From Nitrospira sp. (GTDB lineage: Bacteria; Nitrospirota; Nitrospiria; Nitrospirales; Nitrospiraceae): 64,000 nt of DNA. The notes beneath the pieces were generated by a model, which saw only the letters and a program-made list of their open reading frames with translations, was not told the origin of the DNA and made no database searches. This document shows, in pieces, positions 10,580-20,309 of the stretch; positions within the stretch are counted from its first letter, which is position 1, and every line of letters begins with the position of its first letter. The stretch covers positions 64,001 to 128,000 of the forward strand of contig AP038806.1 in the NCBI GenBank assembly GCA_047150005.1. The letters run 5' to 3'. The position numbers and the translations under genes were made by a program.

Positions 10580-12196
10580 CTACCGCTTCCCGTCGTACCC
10601 GCGGTCGCGCCACCGCTGTAATAGTTGGATACGCTTTTCGAGTTGTTCTAAGGTCGCCTGGTCCACGCGGCTGCCGGTGCGGGAAATGAGTTCGGCATTC
10701 AAGCGCCGGTGGTCAATGCCGGCCGTGCGCGCCACGCTTCCCACCAGCAGGCGATGAAGGTCCCGCAGATCCCGTTTCCGATCGTGCAACGGTATCTCCG
10801 GAGTCGGGGTGGCGACCTCGTCCGTCCGCTCCTCGTCGTCGCCGATGAGCGAATCGACGCGCGCGACGGCATGTAACGGGGTGAACTCTTTGACCGACAC
10901 CGTCGCACGCCCGAAGAGATCCCGCTGACCCGCAGGCATGATGTCTTCGAGGACATGATCGCGCTCAGCTTTGATCTGTTTGGCGTATCGAACCAACACC
11001 GGATCCTTGGGTAAATAGAGCCAGGCCCGTTGCGGCGTAGGTACACCGGGCTGCATGCGGACAAATCGCCCGACCACCTGACGGAAATACATCTCGGTGA
11101 GCACGTTGGTTCCGTACACCCCGACCCGCAAACGCGGAATATCGACGCCTTCACTCACCATGTTCACGGCGACGAGCCACTGCTGCTGCTGCTCGGCAAA
11201 TGCCTTGATGGTCCGGCTGGCCGCAGGGTCATCCGAGACCGCCACGGCGGCTTTTGCTCCGGTCCACTTGCCCACGAGCGCCGCCACCCAGCGCGCGTGA
11301 TCTTGATCCATGGCGACGATGAGACCCGCCGCGTCCGGCTGCTCCTGCTTCCGAAGCAACGTCAGCTGTCGATGGGCGTCCGTCACGACGGGGCCCAGCC
11401 AGTTCTCCTGGAGCAGCGCGGTCTTCAAGCGTTCGCGCTGACGCTCGAAGGCGAGGCCGTCTTCAAACGTGGCCCGATGCTCACGCCCTTCGGAGAACCA
11501 GCTGAGCTCCCCTTCATAGCTCGGAAAGAGAATCGGACGACACACCCGATCTCTGATCGCGTCGGTATAGCCGTAGGCGAAGTCCGCTCGGCTTTCACCC
11601 TGTTCGTATCGGACAAAGGGAATGGGATGATTGTCGGAGCGGAACGGTGTGCCCGACAAGACGAGGCGAAACACCGCGCGATCGAACGCCTCACGCAACG
11701 CCCTGCCCCAATGCCGGCCGTCGGCCGCATGATGCAGTTCGTCCAGGATCACGAGGGTGGTCCGTGCGGCGCAGGCTTGTTGAAACACCTTTGGCGCCAG
11801 AGCCACCTGCTGATACGTAACGACCGCCCCGTGGTAATCCGACGCCTCCCGTGTCTGCTCATTGGTCAGGGCGGGATCCAGATGCAGGCCCACAGTTTCA
11901 GCCGCGTCGGCCCACTGGATTCGCAGGTGATTCGTGGGGCACACGACCAACAGTCGTTGCGCCCTGCTCGTTCGCACATACTCATGCGCCACGCGAAGTG
12001 CAAAGCGGGTCTTGCCCGCTGCGGGGGTCGCCATGGCCAAGAAATCCGCACCCGGATGCGCCAGCACGGCTGTAACGGCGCGCCCCTGCCAGTCTCGCAT
12101 GACCGACGTCCATGGAGCCAAGGGCCGGGCTGTTCTCGCCCGCCCCGACGTATTCTGTATCAAACGTGGTCCTCGTTGCTGAACGATGACGGGCAC
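10580..12196 (-). CDS. SF2 DEAD/DEAH-box helicase (ResIII-like)
   Basis: RDWQ Q-motif, TPAAGKT, DELHH, SGTPFR, MVSEGVDIP, QVVGRFVR. Confidence 0.88.
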   Translation of the reverse strand: MPVIVQQRGPRLIQNTSGRARTARPLAPWTSVMRDWQGRAVTAVLAHPGADFLAMATPAAGKTRFALRVAHEYVRTSRAQRLLVVCPTNHLRIQWADAAETVGLHLDPALTNEQTREASDYHGAVVTYQQVALAPKVFQQACAARTTLVILDELHHAADGRHWGRALREAFDRAVFRLVLSGTPFRSDNHPIPFVRYEQGESRADFAYGYTDAIRDRVCRPILFPSYEGELSWFSEGREHRATFEDGLAFERQRERLKTALLQENWLGPVVTDAHRQLTLLRKQEQPDAAGLIVAMDQDHARWVAALVGKWTGAKAAVAVSDDPAASRTIKAFAEQQQQWLVAVNMVSEGVDIPRLRVGVYGTNVLTEMYFRQVVGRFVRMQPGVPTPQRAWLYLPKDPVLVRYAKQIKAERDHVLEDIMPAGQRDLFGRATVSVKEFTPLHAVARVDSLIGDDEERTDEVATPTPEIPLHDRKRDLRDLHRLLVGSVARTAGIDHRRLNAELISRTGSRVDQATLEQLEKRIQLLQRWRDRGYDGKR

Positions 12197-12240
12197 GACC
12201 GAGCTCCTGCTCGGTCATGAGACCGCAAACCGAGCCGGGC

Positions 12241-12268
12241 ATTGTAGCGATTTGGCGCAAAGGTGCAA
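12241..12268 (-). promoter_or_regulatory. Sigma-70 promoter for the helicase
   Basis: TTGCAC-N16-TACAAT on the minus strand. Confidence 0.5.
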
Positions 12269-12309
12269 GGGCCGAATGGGGAAACGATCGCATCACGCCG
12301 GTACGAATC

Positions 12310-12822
12310 TCACCGGCGTCCTGCATCTACACTCAATGCCGCGTGAATGCGATCCTTTTCGGGAATCTCCTTCGACCGGAGGTCTTTTCCGCATTTCATA
12401 AGAATGCGGCGATCCTTTGTCGTCCCTCGTATCGCCGCTTCCTCGATGAGCGTGGCGCCGACAAGCAGATCTACCCGTAGGTCCTGCCCTGCCTCGACCT
12501 TTTTGACGAGATCCCGGCGCCAGGTTGCAAAGCGATCTACCCAACCCGTAATGGTATAGTGCCACTGCCCTAACTTGGTCACTGGAAACGAGGCGCGCCA
12601 CCGGTCGTTTCCAAGAAATGTCATTGGGATTTCCGTCCATTGCTGAGCCGTCTCCGAGCGACAGCAGAGCAGGATCCTGAGGGCATCGTGACTGTCGGCG
12701 AAGGCATCTGCTTCAACGACGACCTCTTCCCCGATGGTCCGCTTGATTGGAAATATTCCTCCGTCGATTTCGGGCTGCACTCCTTCGATGACCACCCGCT
12801 GTCTCCCCTGGTCATGTGTCAT
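12310..12822 (-). pseudogene. glgE: Truncated GlgE (maltosyltransferase), N-terminal DUF3416 domain only
   Basis: RVVIEGVQPEIDGG.FPIKR..GE.VVVEAD.FAD.HD, GNDRW...F, WVDRFATWR.DL.KK. Ends at 170 aa with no GH13 catalytic domain. Confidence 0.85.
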
Positions 12823-12867
12823 GCCGTTCCCCCACGTCTGGTCCTTCTCTTTGTTTCCGACCCGGAT

Positions 12868-13566
12868 CTAGATGTGTGTGAACTCGTCGTCCTGCTTCTC
12901 TCGACCCAGCCGTCGCTCCAGCGCGTCCTTGGCTATGTTGCGACCTCCCAACCCCAAGGCGATGGCCATTGCCAATACGATCCCGCCGAATATGATGGAG
13001 AACGCAGCCACGACAATCTCTTTCGCGATTCCCAGTTGTGTCAAAACCATTGCACTGGTAAAGATCACCACACCCCACCGCACCATATTTGCGATCAGGC
13101 GGGCTCCCTGAATTTGTGCATTGACCGCCGCAATCAACACCGCTTCGCTGCTGAAATTTCCCAGAAGAATACCCACGAGTGCGACGAGGATTGCGGCAAC
13201 CACATGGGGCAGGAACCCCAGTATGGCCCTCATGAGATTGGCGGTGGCTGGAAAATCCAGGGCATCGACGCCCATAAACGCAAAAAACAGAAACACGACC
13301 CAGAACGAGACTCGACCGAGCAAGTGAGAGACCGGCTGTTTCATTCCGGCTTTCCCCAAGGTGGGGGTCACACCCATTCGCTCGCACAAGGCGTCGAATC
13401 GCACGGCCTTTAGGATGCGCATCAGCAGAAGCTTGACGAGCCATCCTATGGCCACACCGAGCATCAGAAACGTTACGAGCGCCATCAGCTTCGGGAGGAA
13501 GAGCGCGGTTCGTCTCATCATTTCTCGAAATGCCTCAACCATTGCTTCTTGCCACATTTCGCTCAT
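12868..13566 (-). CDS. TM-helix repeat / mechanosensitive-channel-like membrane protein (CmpX-like)
   Basis: FLPKL..LV.F...G..IGW and GFLPHVVAAIL repeats, C-terminal A.AIALGLGGR..A. ATGA overlap with the upstream GT2. Confidence 0.75.
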   Translation of the reverse strand: MSEMWQEAMVEAFREMMRRTALFLPKLMALVTFLMLGVAIGWLVKLLLMRILKAVRFDALCERMGVTPTLGKAGMKQPVSHLLGRVSFWVVFLFFAFMGVDALDFPATANLMRAILGFLPHVVAAILVALVGILLGNFSSEAVLIAAVNAQIQGARLIANMVRWGVVIFTSAMVLTQLGIAKEIVVAAFSIIFGGIVLAMAIALGLGGRNIAKDALERRLGREKQDDEFTHI

Positions 13567-14840
13567 TGGAACCTCCATCGCTCGACCAGATAGGGTTTCA
13601 TGCTCTCAAAGATCTGACATCCCTGTTCGATCGTTCGTTCCACCTCGGCATGGCCGCCGTCTTTGGTTTCCAGAACCAATGACGCGGTACGTCCGAGGTA
13701 CAGCGGCGTCAACGACCTGAGCAGATGCTCCCGATGGATGAGCTTCTCGTGATACGCGATGGCAAAGTCATACACGGTCTGAACCCAGAGCGGCAGCGGA
13801 AAAGTGAAATCCTCCTCTTGGCTCAACCCCAGTGGAAGGATCCCGGCCAACGTGTCGGGCGCGAGAATGATTTCCCAGATGGGAAGCAGGTCTCTCAAGC
13901 CTTGTCGAAACCCGTTCACCATCCGGTCGACTTTCACGGTATGGGCCTCGGGCTCGCCTTGCGTCGGCTGACCGACCTGGGGCACGACACTCGAACCGAA
14001 CAGCCCTTCCCACATGTCTGCGTAACGCTCCATGTAATGGAACGCAGCTCCTACTGCCTGCGCCAGCACTCCCGCAACATCGGTTCCGGTCGCTTTCCCC
14101 TCCTGAATCCTGGCCCCCAGGAACGCTTGCCATATCTGGTAACCCTCGGCGACTGCGATGGTCGTCAGCCAACTGTCGATCCCAAAACGAGCGCCATCTC
14201 CCTCCCAGAGATCTTTCTGCAGATAGAGGCTCGCCAGTCTTCCGGAAAACCCATAGCCACCGCCGGTCTGACAGGCCACACGCTTCCCATAGAGCGCCCG
14301 AGTTAATGGCGCGATAAGATTATTGGTCAGACTGCCCTCATATCGTTGGCGCCGAAACATTGGCGCCACGTAGTCTGCGCCCTTCTCCAACACCACTTGG
14401 CCAAGCAAGGTTATCCATTCCGGGGCCACTGATCGAAGATTCGCGTCGATGACGACGCAAGCTTTCGCCTGAAGCCGCTCGGTAATGGTGAACAAGGAGC
14501 GAAACGCCTCCTCACGACCGGGCATACCGGAGTATGACACTCGATTAACGACAAAAGGGTTCACATGCATGTCTTCCGTGAGATGTTGGACCACCGCGAG
14601 AGGGACAAGGCTCCCTACGGCGCGCTTGATGATGTCGGAGGTTCCATCCTGCGATCCGACATCGACGTTCACAATCAAGGGTGAGATATTTGGAAACGAC
14701 TCCTTCAGGCCTGCGAGGATCGTTTTCGTCACGGACTCCACGTTAGCCGCCTGATTGAACGTGGGCAGACCGATGAGCAGATCGACCTTGTGCAGGTGAG
14801 GACATTGCTCATGGACTTGCTCCCACCCCGTGTCCGGCAT
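13563..14840 (-). CDS. GT2/GT-A protein, glucosylglycerate synthase (Ggs)-like, with degenerate motifs
   Basis: LLIGLPTFN, VD.GS.DGT, LRS..PEW, DYVAP...R..Y.G..TNN...PLTRALYG, FGID.WLTT, L.PLYLGR.AS. Confidence 0.8.
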   Translation of the reverse strand: MPDTGWEQVHEQCPHLHKVDLLIGLPTFNQAANVESVTKTILAGLKESFPNISPLIVNVDVGSQDGTSDIIKRAVGSLVPLAVVQHLTEDMHVNPFVVNRVSYSGMPGREEAFRSLFTITERLQAKACVVIDANLRSVAPEWITLLGQVVLEKGADYVAPMFRRQRYEGSLTNNLIAPLTRALYGKRVACQTGGGYGFSGRLASLYLQKDLWEGDGARFGIDSWLTTIAVAEGYQIWQAFLGARIQEGKATGTDVAGVLAQAVGAAFHYMERYADMWEGLFGSSVVPQVGQPTQGEPEAHTVKVDRMVNGFRQGLRDLLPIWEIILAPDTLAGILPLGLSQEEDFTFPLPLWVQTVYDFAIAYHEKLIHREHLLRSLTPLYLGRTASLVLETKDGGHAEVERTIEQGCQIFESMKPYLVERWRFQ

Positions 14841-14854
14841 CGCGGATCTCCTCC

Positions 14855-16093
14855 CTAGTCTTTCAAACGCTTTTCGAACAACTTCATAAGCGTCAGAAAA
14901 TCACTCAAGTGACGCGTGACAAGAAAGTTCCTCCTCACATGCTCTCGACCGGCACCCCCCATGCGTTGGATGAGTCCGGGATTATTGAGGAGCAGTCTCG
15001 TTCTAAACGCCATGCCTTCGGCAGAATGCACGGTATGTCCTGTCACTCCGTCCACGATCTGGGCGGCGATTCCACCCGCCGTACTTCCGATCACGGGCTT
15101 TCCCTTCCACATGGCTTCGGCCACGGCGACGTTGAACCCTTCCCTGATCGACTTCTGAAAGACAATCGTCGCTGCTCGTTGAAGGGCATTGATTTCAAGG
15201 TCTGCTTCGGGGGGCAGTTGCAACACGTGGATATCCGGATCACTGCCGGCGGTCTCCAGTACTTGCGCCAACACCGCTTCACCTTCCGAATCGTGCGTCA
15301 CACCGGAGCCGGCCAAAATCAGTCGGCAGTCGTGGTGTTTCTTGACCAAGCGATAGGCTTTGATCACGCCGATCGGATCTTTAGACCACTCGAAACGCGC
15401 CAACTGCAGCAGAATCGGCTTATCGCGCGGAATACCCAGCCGAAGAAGGACCTGGTTGATTTCCAGGCGCGTCAATTCACGGTTTTTTGCGCTCAAAGGA
15501 TCGATCGACGGAGAAATAAGAAACTGCGGAATTGGAAGTCGATGGGCGAAGCCGGGAAGCGAAAAGATCGTCGCATCATATCCGACGATGAAGCGACGCA
15601 GAAAACTCCAGCTCTCTTGTCGAGGTTTGGCCACGTCGAGGTAACAGCGCCAAAACCATGTCCCTCCTTTACGCTGTTCGATCAACGCAGCCGGCGGCGG
15701 GTCATGAATCATCACGAGATCCGCGTCCAATTTCAGGGTATTGGCGGTGCGCTGATTGATCTTGAGATAGACACTTTGCATGTGCTCGGTGAGGTGTTCG
15801 TCCTGGCCCTGAAGTGCATTGGTCAATCGTTTCGTGATTTGGAAGAATTCCTGATCGCCTGCGAGAACTTCCCAACGAGCGTCAACCCCCAAGGTGTTCA
15901 TCATGGGTACCAGCCGGCGCAGAACCTCAGCCATGCCACCGCCGTATCGACCGGCACTTACGTGCAGGAAACTGCGCCCCGCCACCTGGTCGCTCAATCT
16001 GCGAAGAAAGTCCACTGTGCCTTTCGGCGCGATATCTCGATACTCGTCCAATCCTGGAATCATCTCCAGCCTCCCGATCTCACGACATGGCAT
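14855..16093 (-). CDS. treT: TreT-like trehalose glycosyltransferring synthase (GT4), divergent; alternative start 16063
   Basis: GGG.AEVL, FF..TK...NALQG, IHDP.P, PSIDPLS.KN, KDPIGVI.AY, INALQRAA, QKS.REGF...VAEAMWK. Confidence 0.8.
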   Translation of the reverse strand: MPCREIGRLEMIPGLDEYRDIAPKGTVDFLRRLSDQVAGRSFLHVSAGRYGGGMAEVLRRLVPMMNTLGVDARWEVLAGDQEFFQITKRLTNALQGQDEHLTEHMQSVYLKINQRTANTLKLDADLVMIHDPPPAALIEQRKGGTWFWRCYLDVAKPRQESWSFLRRFIVGYDATIFSLPGFAHRLPIPQFLISPSIDPLSAKNRELTRLEINQVLLRLGIPRDKPILLQLARFEWSKDPIGVIKAYRLVKKHHDCRLILAGSGVTHDSEGEAVLAQVLETAGSDPDIHVLQLPPEADLEINALQRAATIVFQKSIREGFNVAVAEAMWKGKPVIGSTAGGIAAQIVDGVTGHTVHSAEGMAFRTRLLLNNPGLIQRMGGAGREHVRRNFLVTRHLSDFLTLMKLFEKRLKD

Positions 16094-17766
16094 TAAATGA
16101 CGCTCTCTTCGAATCCGTAGGACGAATCGTCACCCCATGCGCGCTGCAGCTTGAACCAGTAGAACCCATAGGGGGTCAAACTCAACGCATAGGAGCGCTT
16201 GCCGATCGTCGGAAATCGCGAATCGCCGAATACCTCGATCGGGGTTGCGCCTTCGAAGCGTGCGAGGTCCAATTCCACCGCTTGAGCCGATCCGGCGAGG
16301 TTGTGCACCAACAGGAGGGTCTCCCCGCGGTACTCACGCAGATACGCGAGGACCTTGTCTGTTTGAGGACGAAGAAAGACGATGGTGCCATGCCCGAATG
16401 CAGGGTGCTTTTTTCGTCCGGCAATCATGCGTTTCATCCAATGCAATAGTGAATGCGGCGACTGCCGCTGGGAACCCACGTTGATGGCTTGAAACCCGTA
16501 CACCGAATCGATGATGGCCGGCAGATAGAGTTTCGCCGGATCAGCTTTGGAAAATCCCCCGTTCCGGTCGGCCGTCCACTGCATGGGCGTCCGAACACCG
16601 TTGCGATCCCCGAGATGGACGTTGTCACCCATGCCGATTTCATCGCCGTAATAGATAATCGGACTTCCCGGAAGGGTAAATACGAGACTGTTGAGGAGCT
16701 CGATCTTTCGGCGATCATTATCCAACAACGGAGCCAATCGCCGAGCGATTCCGATATTGCGCCGCATCTGAGGATCTCGCGCGTAGGCGTAGTACATATA
16801 ATCGCGCTCTTCCCCGGCGCACATTTCTAAGGTCAATTCGTCATGGTTTCGGAGAAAGAGGCACCATTGGCAGTTGTCCGGGATTGGAGGCGTGTGCGTG
16901 AACATGTCCACGATGGGATGCCAATCCTCGCTACGGAGTCCCATAAACAGCCTCGGCATGAGTGGAAAATGAAAGGCCATGTGGCATTCATCCCCCTCGC
17001 CAAAGTAGGGGCGCACGTCGGCAGGCCATTGGTTGGCTTCTGCCAGCAGGATTCGTCCTTGATAGCTTTCGTCGATCCGTTTTCGCACTTCCTTTAAATA
17101 CGCGTGAGTCTCAGGAAGGTTCTCGCAAATGGTGCCCTCTCGCTCAAACAGATACGGCACCGCATCGCAGCGAAATCCATCAAGTCCTTGCTCCAGCCAG
17201 AAGGACATGATGTCCAGCATGGCCTTTTGCAGATCAGGATTGTCATAGTTGAGGTCGGGCTGATGACTGAAAAACCGGTGCCAGTAGTAGGCGTTTGCGG
17301 TCGGATCCCAGGTCCAATTCGACTTTTCTGTGTCAATAAAGATGATCCTGGCCTTGTCGTATCGCTTGTCGCTCTGACTCCAGACATAGTAGTCGCGCTT
17401 CGATGAATGCGGTGAGCTTCTCGCATCCTGGAACCATGGATGTTGGTCCGAGGTGTGATTGAGGACAAGGTCGGAAATGACGCGCATACCGCGCCGATGC
17501 GCCTCGTCCAAGAACCGGCGAAACTCTTCCATCGAGCCGTAGTCGGACGAGATACGCTGATAATCGGCGACATCGTAGCCGTCATCGCGCAAGGGAGAAG
17601 GAAAGAACGGGAGCAGCCAGAGGCAGTCGACTCCCAGCCATTCGAGGTAATCCAGCTTGTCGATCAGTCCTCGAAAATCTCCGATGCCGTCATCGTTTCC
17701 ATCGCAAAAGGCCTTGACATGCAGCTCGTAAAACACCGCCTCCTTGAACCACAGTGGGTTTGTCAT
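16093..17766 (-). CDS. treS: Trehalose synthase / maltose alpha-D-glucosyltransferase
   Basis: [61 protein letters not shown]. No C-terminal maltokinase domain. Confidence 0.96.
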   Translation of the reverse strand: MTNPLWFKEAVFYELHVKAFCDGNDDGIGDFRGLIDKLDYLEWLGVDCLWLLPFFPSPLRDDGYDVADYQRISSDYGSMEEFRRFLDEAHRRGMRVISDLVLNHTSDQHPWFQDARSSPHSSKRDYYVWSQSDKRYDKARIIFIDTEKSNWTWDPTANAYYWHRFFSHQPDLNYDNPDLQKAMLDIMSFWLEQGLDGFRCDAVPYLFEREGTICENLPETHAYLKEVRKRIDESYQGRILLAEANQWPADVRPYFGEGDECHMAFHFPLMPRLFMGLRSEDWHPIVDMFTHTPPIPDNCQWCLFLRNHDELTLEMCAGEERDYMYYAYARDPQMRRNIGIARRLAPLLDNDRRKIELLNSLVFTLPGSPIIYYGDEIGMGDNVHLGDRNGVRTPMQWTADRNGGFSKADPAKLYLPAIIDSVYGFQAINVGSQRQSPHSLLHWMKRMIAGRKKHPAFGHGTIVFLRPQTDKVLAYLREYRGETLLLVHNLAGSAQAVELDLARFEGATPIEVFGDSRFPTIGKRSYALSLTPYGFYWFKLQRAWGDDSSYGFEESVI

Positions 17767-17786
17767 CAATACAGTGTCCCTCCTTC

Positions 17787-18455
17787 CTAGCGAATGCCTT
17801 GGCGTTTCAGAAAGTCGTCGCACACCGTCAGCAGCGCGGAACGCACGCGTTCAAGGCTCCCGAGATATGGATTGATGGCGCGCAGCTGTTGTGCGAGTTC
17901 CGGCATGCCGAGACTGTGTTCAATCCACGCGGAGAAATCGCTTTCTTCCTGCTCGAGACGATGGCGCGCTTCGAAGACGTGGAAATAGATTGCACTCACT
18001 TCGACCTCACTCAACGCAGTCCGAAACTCCTGCAGCGTCCGGACCTCCATACTCGTGGGTACTTGCAGGATCCGAGACTTATTGAAATGGAACGGCTGGC
18101 CGAAGATGACTCGTGGCACGATCGGCATTTTGGACAGATGATCGTCGATAATTGAAATGAGTTCCCCGCGAAATGCCTCAAGCTCTTTGAATTCGAATGG
18201 ATCCACTACCGCCAGGCGTTCCCCTAACTCGTGGTCCCGCACCTCCATCGCGACCCATTGGGCAAAATCGTTGGGATATGCGCGCTCAACATAACTATGT
18301 CGAAGAAAATAGCTATGCGTATGAAAGTAGATTGAATCCAAGGGCACCGACTCGAGCAACTCCACGAGTCTTCTCTCGTCTTCCGCCGCTTCGCCGAGAA
18401 TTTCTCGCAATTCGCTGCATTCCATGAACAAGAACGGACGGTTTGTTGTGCGCAT
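17787..18455 (-). CDS. DUF5752-family protein (TreT-associated, OrfY-like), two internal repeats
   Basis: Tandem PF.F....L...SIYFH...NDFA.W / SAIYFH...SDFSAW modules, in a treT operon. Confidence 0.8.
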   Translation of the reverse strand: MRTTNRPFLFMECSELREILGEAAEDERRLVELLESVPLDSIYFHTHSYFLRHSYVERAYPNDFAQWVAMEVRDHELGERLAVVDPFEFKELEAFRGELISIIDDHLSKMPIVPRVIFGQPFHFNKSRILQVPTSMEVRTLQEFRTALSEVEVSAIYFHVFEARHRLEQEESDFSAWIEHSLGMPELAQQLRAINPYLGSLERVRSALLTVCDDFLKRQGIR

Positions 18456-18597
18456 GTCGTCTCCTTGGCTTGTTTCGGCTCTTGGAAGAGTATCAGCTGA
18501 ACGCAGCGGTAGGATCTGGGGTATTTACTAGTGGTCCCCGGCCCCATATTGGCGTTTCTAGAATAAGAGATACCGGAATGCCGTGGGGGACGGCTGC

Positions 18598-18822
18598 ATG
18601 GAATATAAGGGGTACCGAATCGAATCGTGCCCGTCCCAGCATTCTGCGACGGACACGTGGAGGGCGCGCATCTTCATCTCATGGGAACCGCATGACGCCA
18701 ATTCGACTCGTTCCTTTTCGGCCAATGAGGTCTATCAGACCCAGGCAGAGGCTGATCTCCGCGGCCTCGCTCTCGGCGAATTAATCGTAGACGGGAAGAT
18801 TCCGGGGCTATCAAGAGACTAG
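18598..18822 (+). CDS. Small hypothetical protein
   Basis: MEYKGYRIE...W...I.ISW...Y.T..EAD..G......VDGK pattern; GGGGGA RBS-like. Confidence 0.65.
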   Translation: MEYKGYRIESCPSQHSATDTWRARIFISWEPHDANSTRSFSANEVYQTQAEADLRGLALGELIVDGKIPGLSRD

Positions 18823-18977
18823 CGCAAGGGTCCAGGAAGAGGCCGCGAGGGCACGGCAAGCCTTTCATAAGGGGATCCGTTCGACCGCCGCATGAGGGCG
18901 AACTCATAACCAGATGATGTAGGTTGTATTGCCACGATGTCAGTATCGACGCAGTTGGTGCAGGGGATCGCGCATAT

Positions 18978-19199
18978 TTACCAGTCCGCCGAATGGTATT
19001 TATAGGGATTCGCCTGGCTTGACCCGTTGCTCGCCATTGCCTGCCTTGACCTGTCGTCTACAATCACCTGGCTCGAATCGTTGACCACGATAACCTTGTT
19101 TGCCCGTTCCCCCTGCATATCTTGCCACACCATCTTCACGATCGAGCGAATCACTTCCAGCAAGGATCGGACACTGTCGACAACAACCGGCGTATCCAT
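18978..19199 (-). CDS. Small hypothetical protein
   Basis: 73-aa ORF with GAGG RBS in an otherwise empty gap. Confidence 0.4.
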   Translation of the reverse strand: MDTPVVVDSVRSLLEVIRSIVKMVWQDMQGERANKVIVVNDSSQVIVDDRSRQAMASNGSSQANPYKYHSADW

Positions 19200-19478
19200 A
19201 ACGAAACCTCACCAACAACGATGCCGCTTGATCGGCCGCAATGGATTGTCGGTGTAGGTTAACCCGAGAGACTTCCCTTCGATATACCTTGATGGCACAG
19301 AACCTCCCCTCGAAGGGGGGGCTGGCAAGACCTGGCGTTGCTATATCTTGAGGATCTTGAGATCATTGACACGATGCACGTCAGGCAAGCGTCCGACACA
19401 CAAGACCGGCAGCCACGAGCGGGCCGCCTCGGCAGGGGTCGCCAGAACAGACATCAGATCAATGAGAGAGAGGACCGC

Positions 19479-19742
19479 ATGACACATCTCGGGATGAGGC
19501 TGGCGATGGGTATTCTAGTCTTGCTTACGTTTGAGGCCTGTGAGCGACAAGGTCCGCCGAAGCCCATCGGAGCTGCCACCAACAAGCATGTGGAGGAAAC
19601 TCCTGCCGCCCCCTCGCGCCTGGACACGGATCCGATGGCTCGTAAGATGAAGACGCCCCTGGAGGACGCTCGACAGACTGAAGATGTCATCAAAGGGGCA
19701 GCGGACCGGACCCGTCAAGGGTCTGACCAGGCGACCCCATAG
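19479..19742 (+). CDS. Small putative lipoprotein
   Basis: GAGGA RBS, hydrophobic signal ending FEAC. Confidence 0.65.
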   Translation: MTHLGMRLAMGILVLLTFEACERQGPPKPIGAATNKHVEETPAAPSRLDTDPMARKMKTPLEDARQTEDVIKGAADRTRQGSDQATP

Positions 19743-19756
19743 GTCTCACTCTCGAT

Positions 19757-20146
19757 TCAGCGGCCGGAGGTTCCCCCGCGGTTTGCGAGCACTTGCTGGA
19801 GGCTGATGATCAACTCCTCCTCTTTCACAGGTTTTTGTACGTAGCCATCCGCGCCAAGACTTCGCGCCTTCTCCTCGGCTTCCTGTGGATCACGGCCCGT
19901 CACCACGATAACCGGAATCTTGCTCAACCTGGTGTTGTGTTTCAAACGTTCGAGGACACAGAACCCGTCTCCGGCCGGCAATCCGAGGTCCAAGAGGATC
20001 GCATGGGGTTCATGGCGCAGAGCCGCATTCGTCGCTTGCATCCCATCCGCCGCCCACACAGGATAATAGTGATGGGCGCGGAGCACCGTGCTGAGCAGAT
20101 TCCAGCTATCGATACCATCGTCGACGACGAGAATCGGTGTTTTCAT
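19757..20146 (-). CDS. Stand-alone response regulator receiver (CheY-like)
   Basis: ILVVDD, ILLDLGLP..DG, IPVIVVT, GADGYV.KP. Confidence 0.9.
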   Translation of the reverse strand: MKTPILVVDDGIDSWNLLSTVLRAHHYYPVWAADGMQATNAALRHEPHAILLDLGLPAGDGFCVLERLKHNTRLSKIPVIVVTGRDPQEAEEKARSLGADGYVQKPVKEEELIISLQQVLANRGGTSGR

Positions 20147-20309
20147 GCCATACCTCGCTTTTTTAGGTCTCTTGATACCGGCTTGGGGTATGCCGTTCCC
20201 CTCTGAACCAAGCGTACCTGAGAGACTGCGCGAGGCTAGCCCAGGAAGGAGTACCTCGAAAGCGGTGAGAATCAGCAGGGATGGCGTAGGACAGGTAGGC
20301 TTCAGAGGA

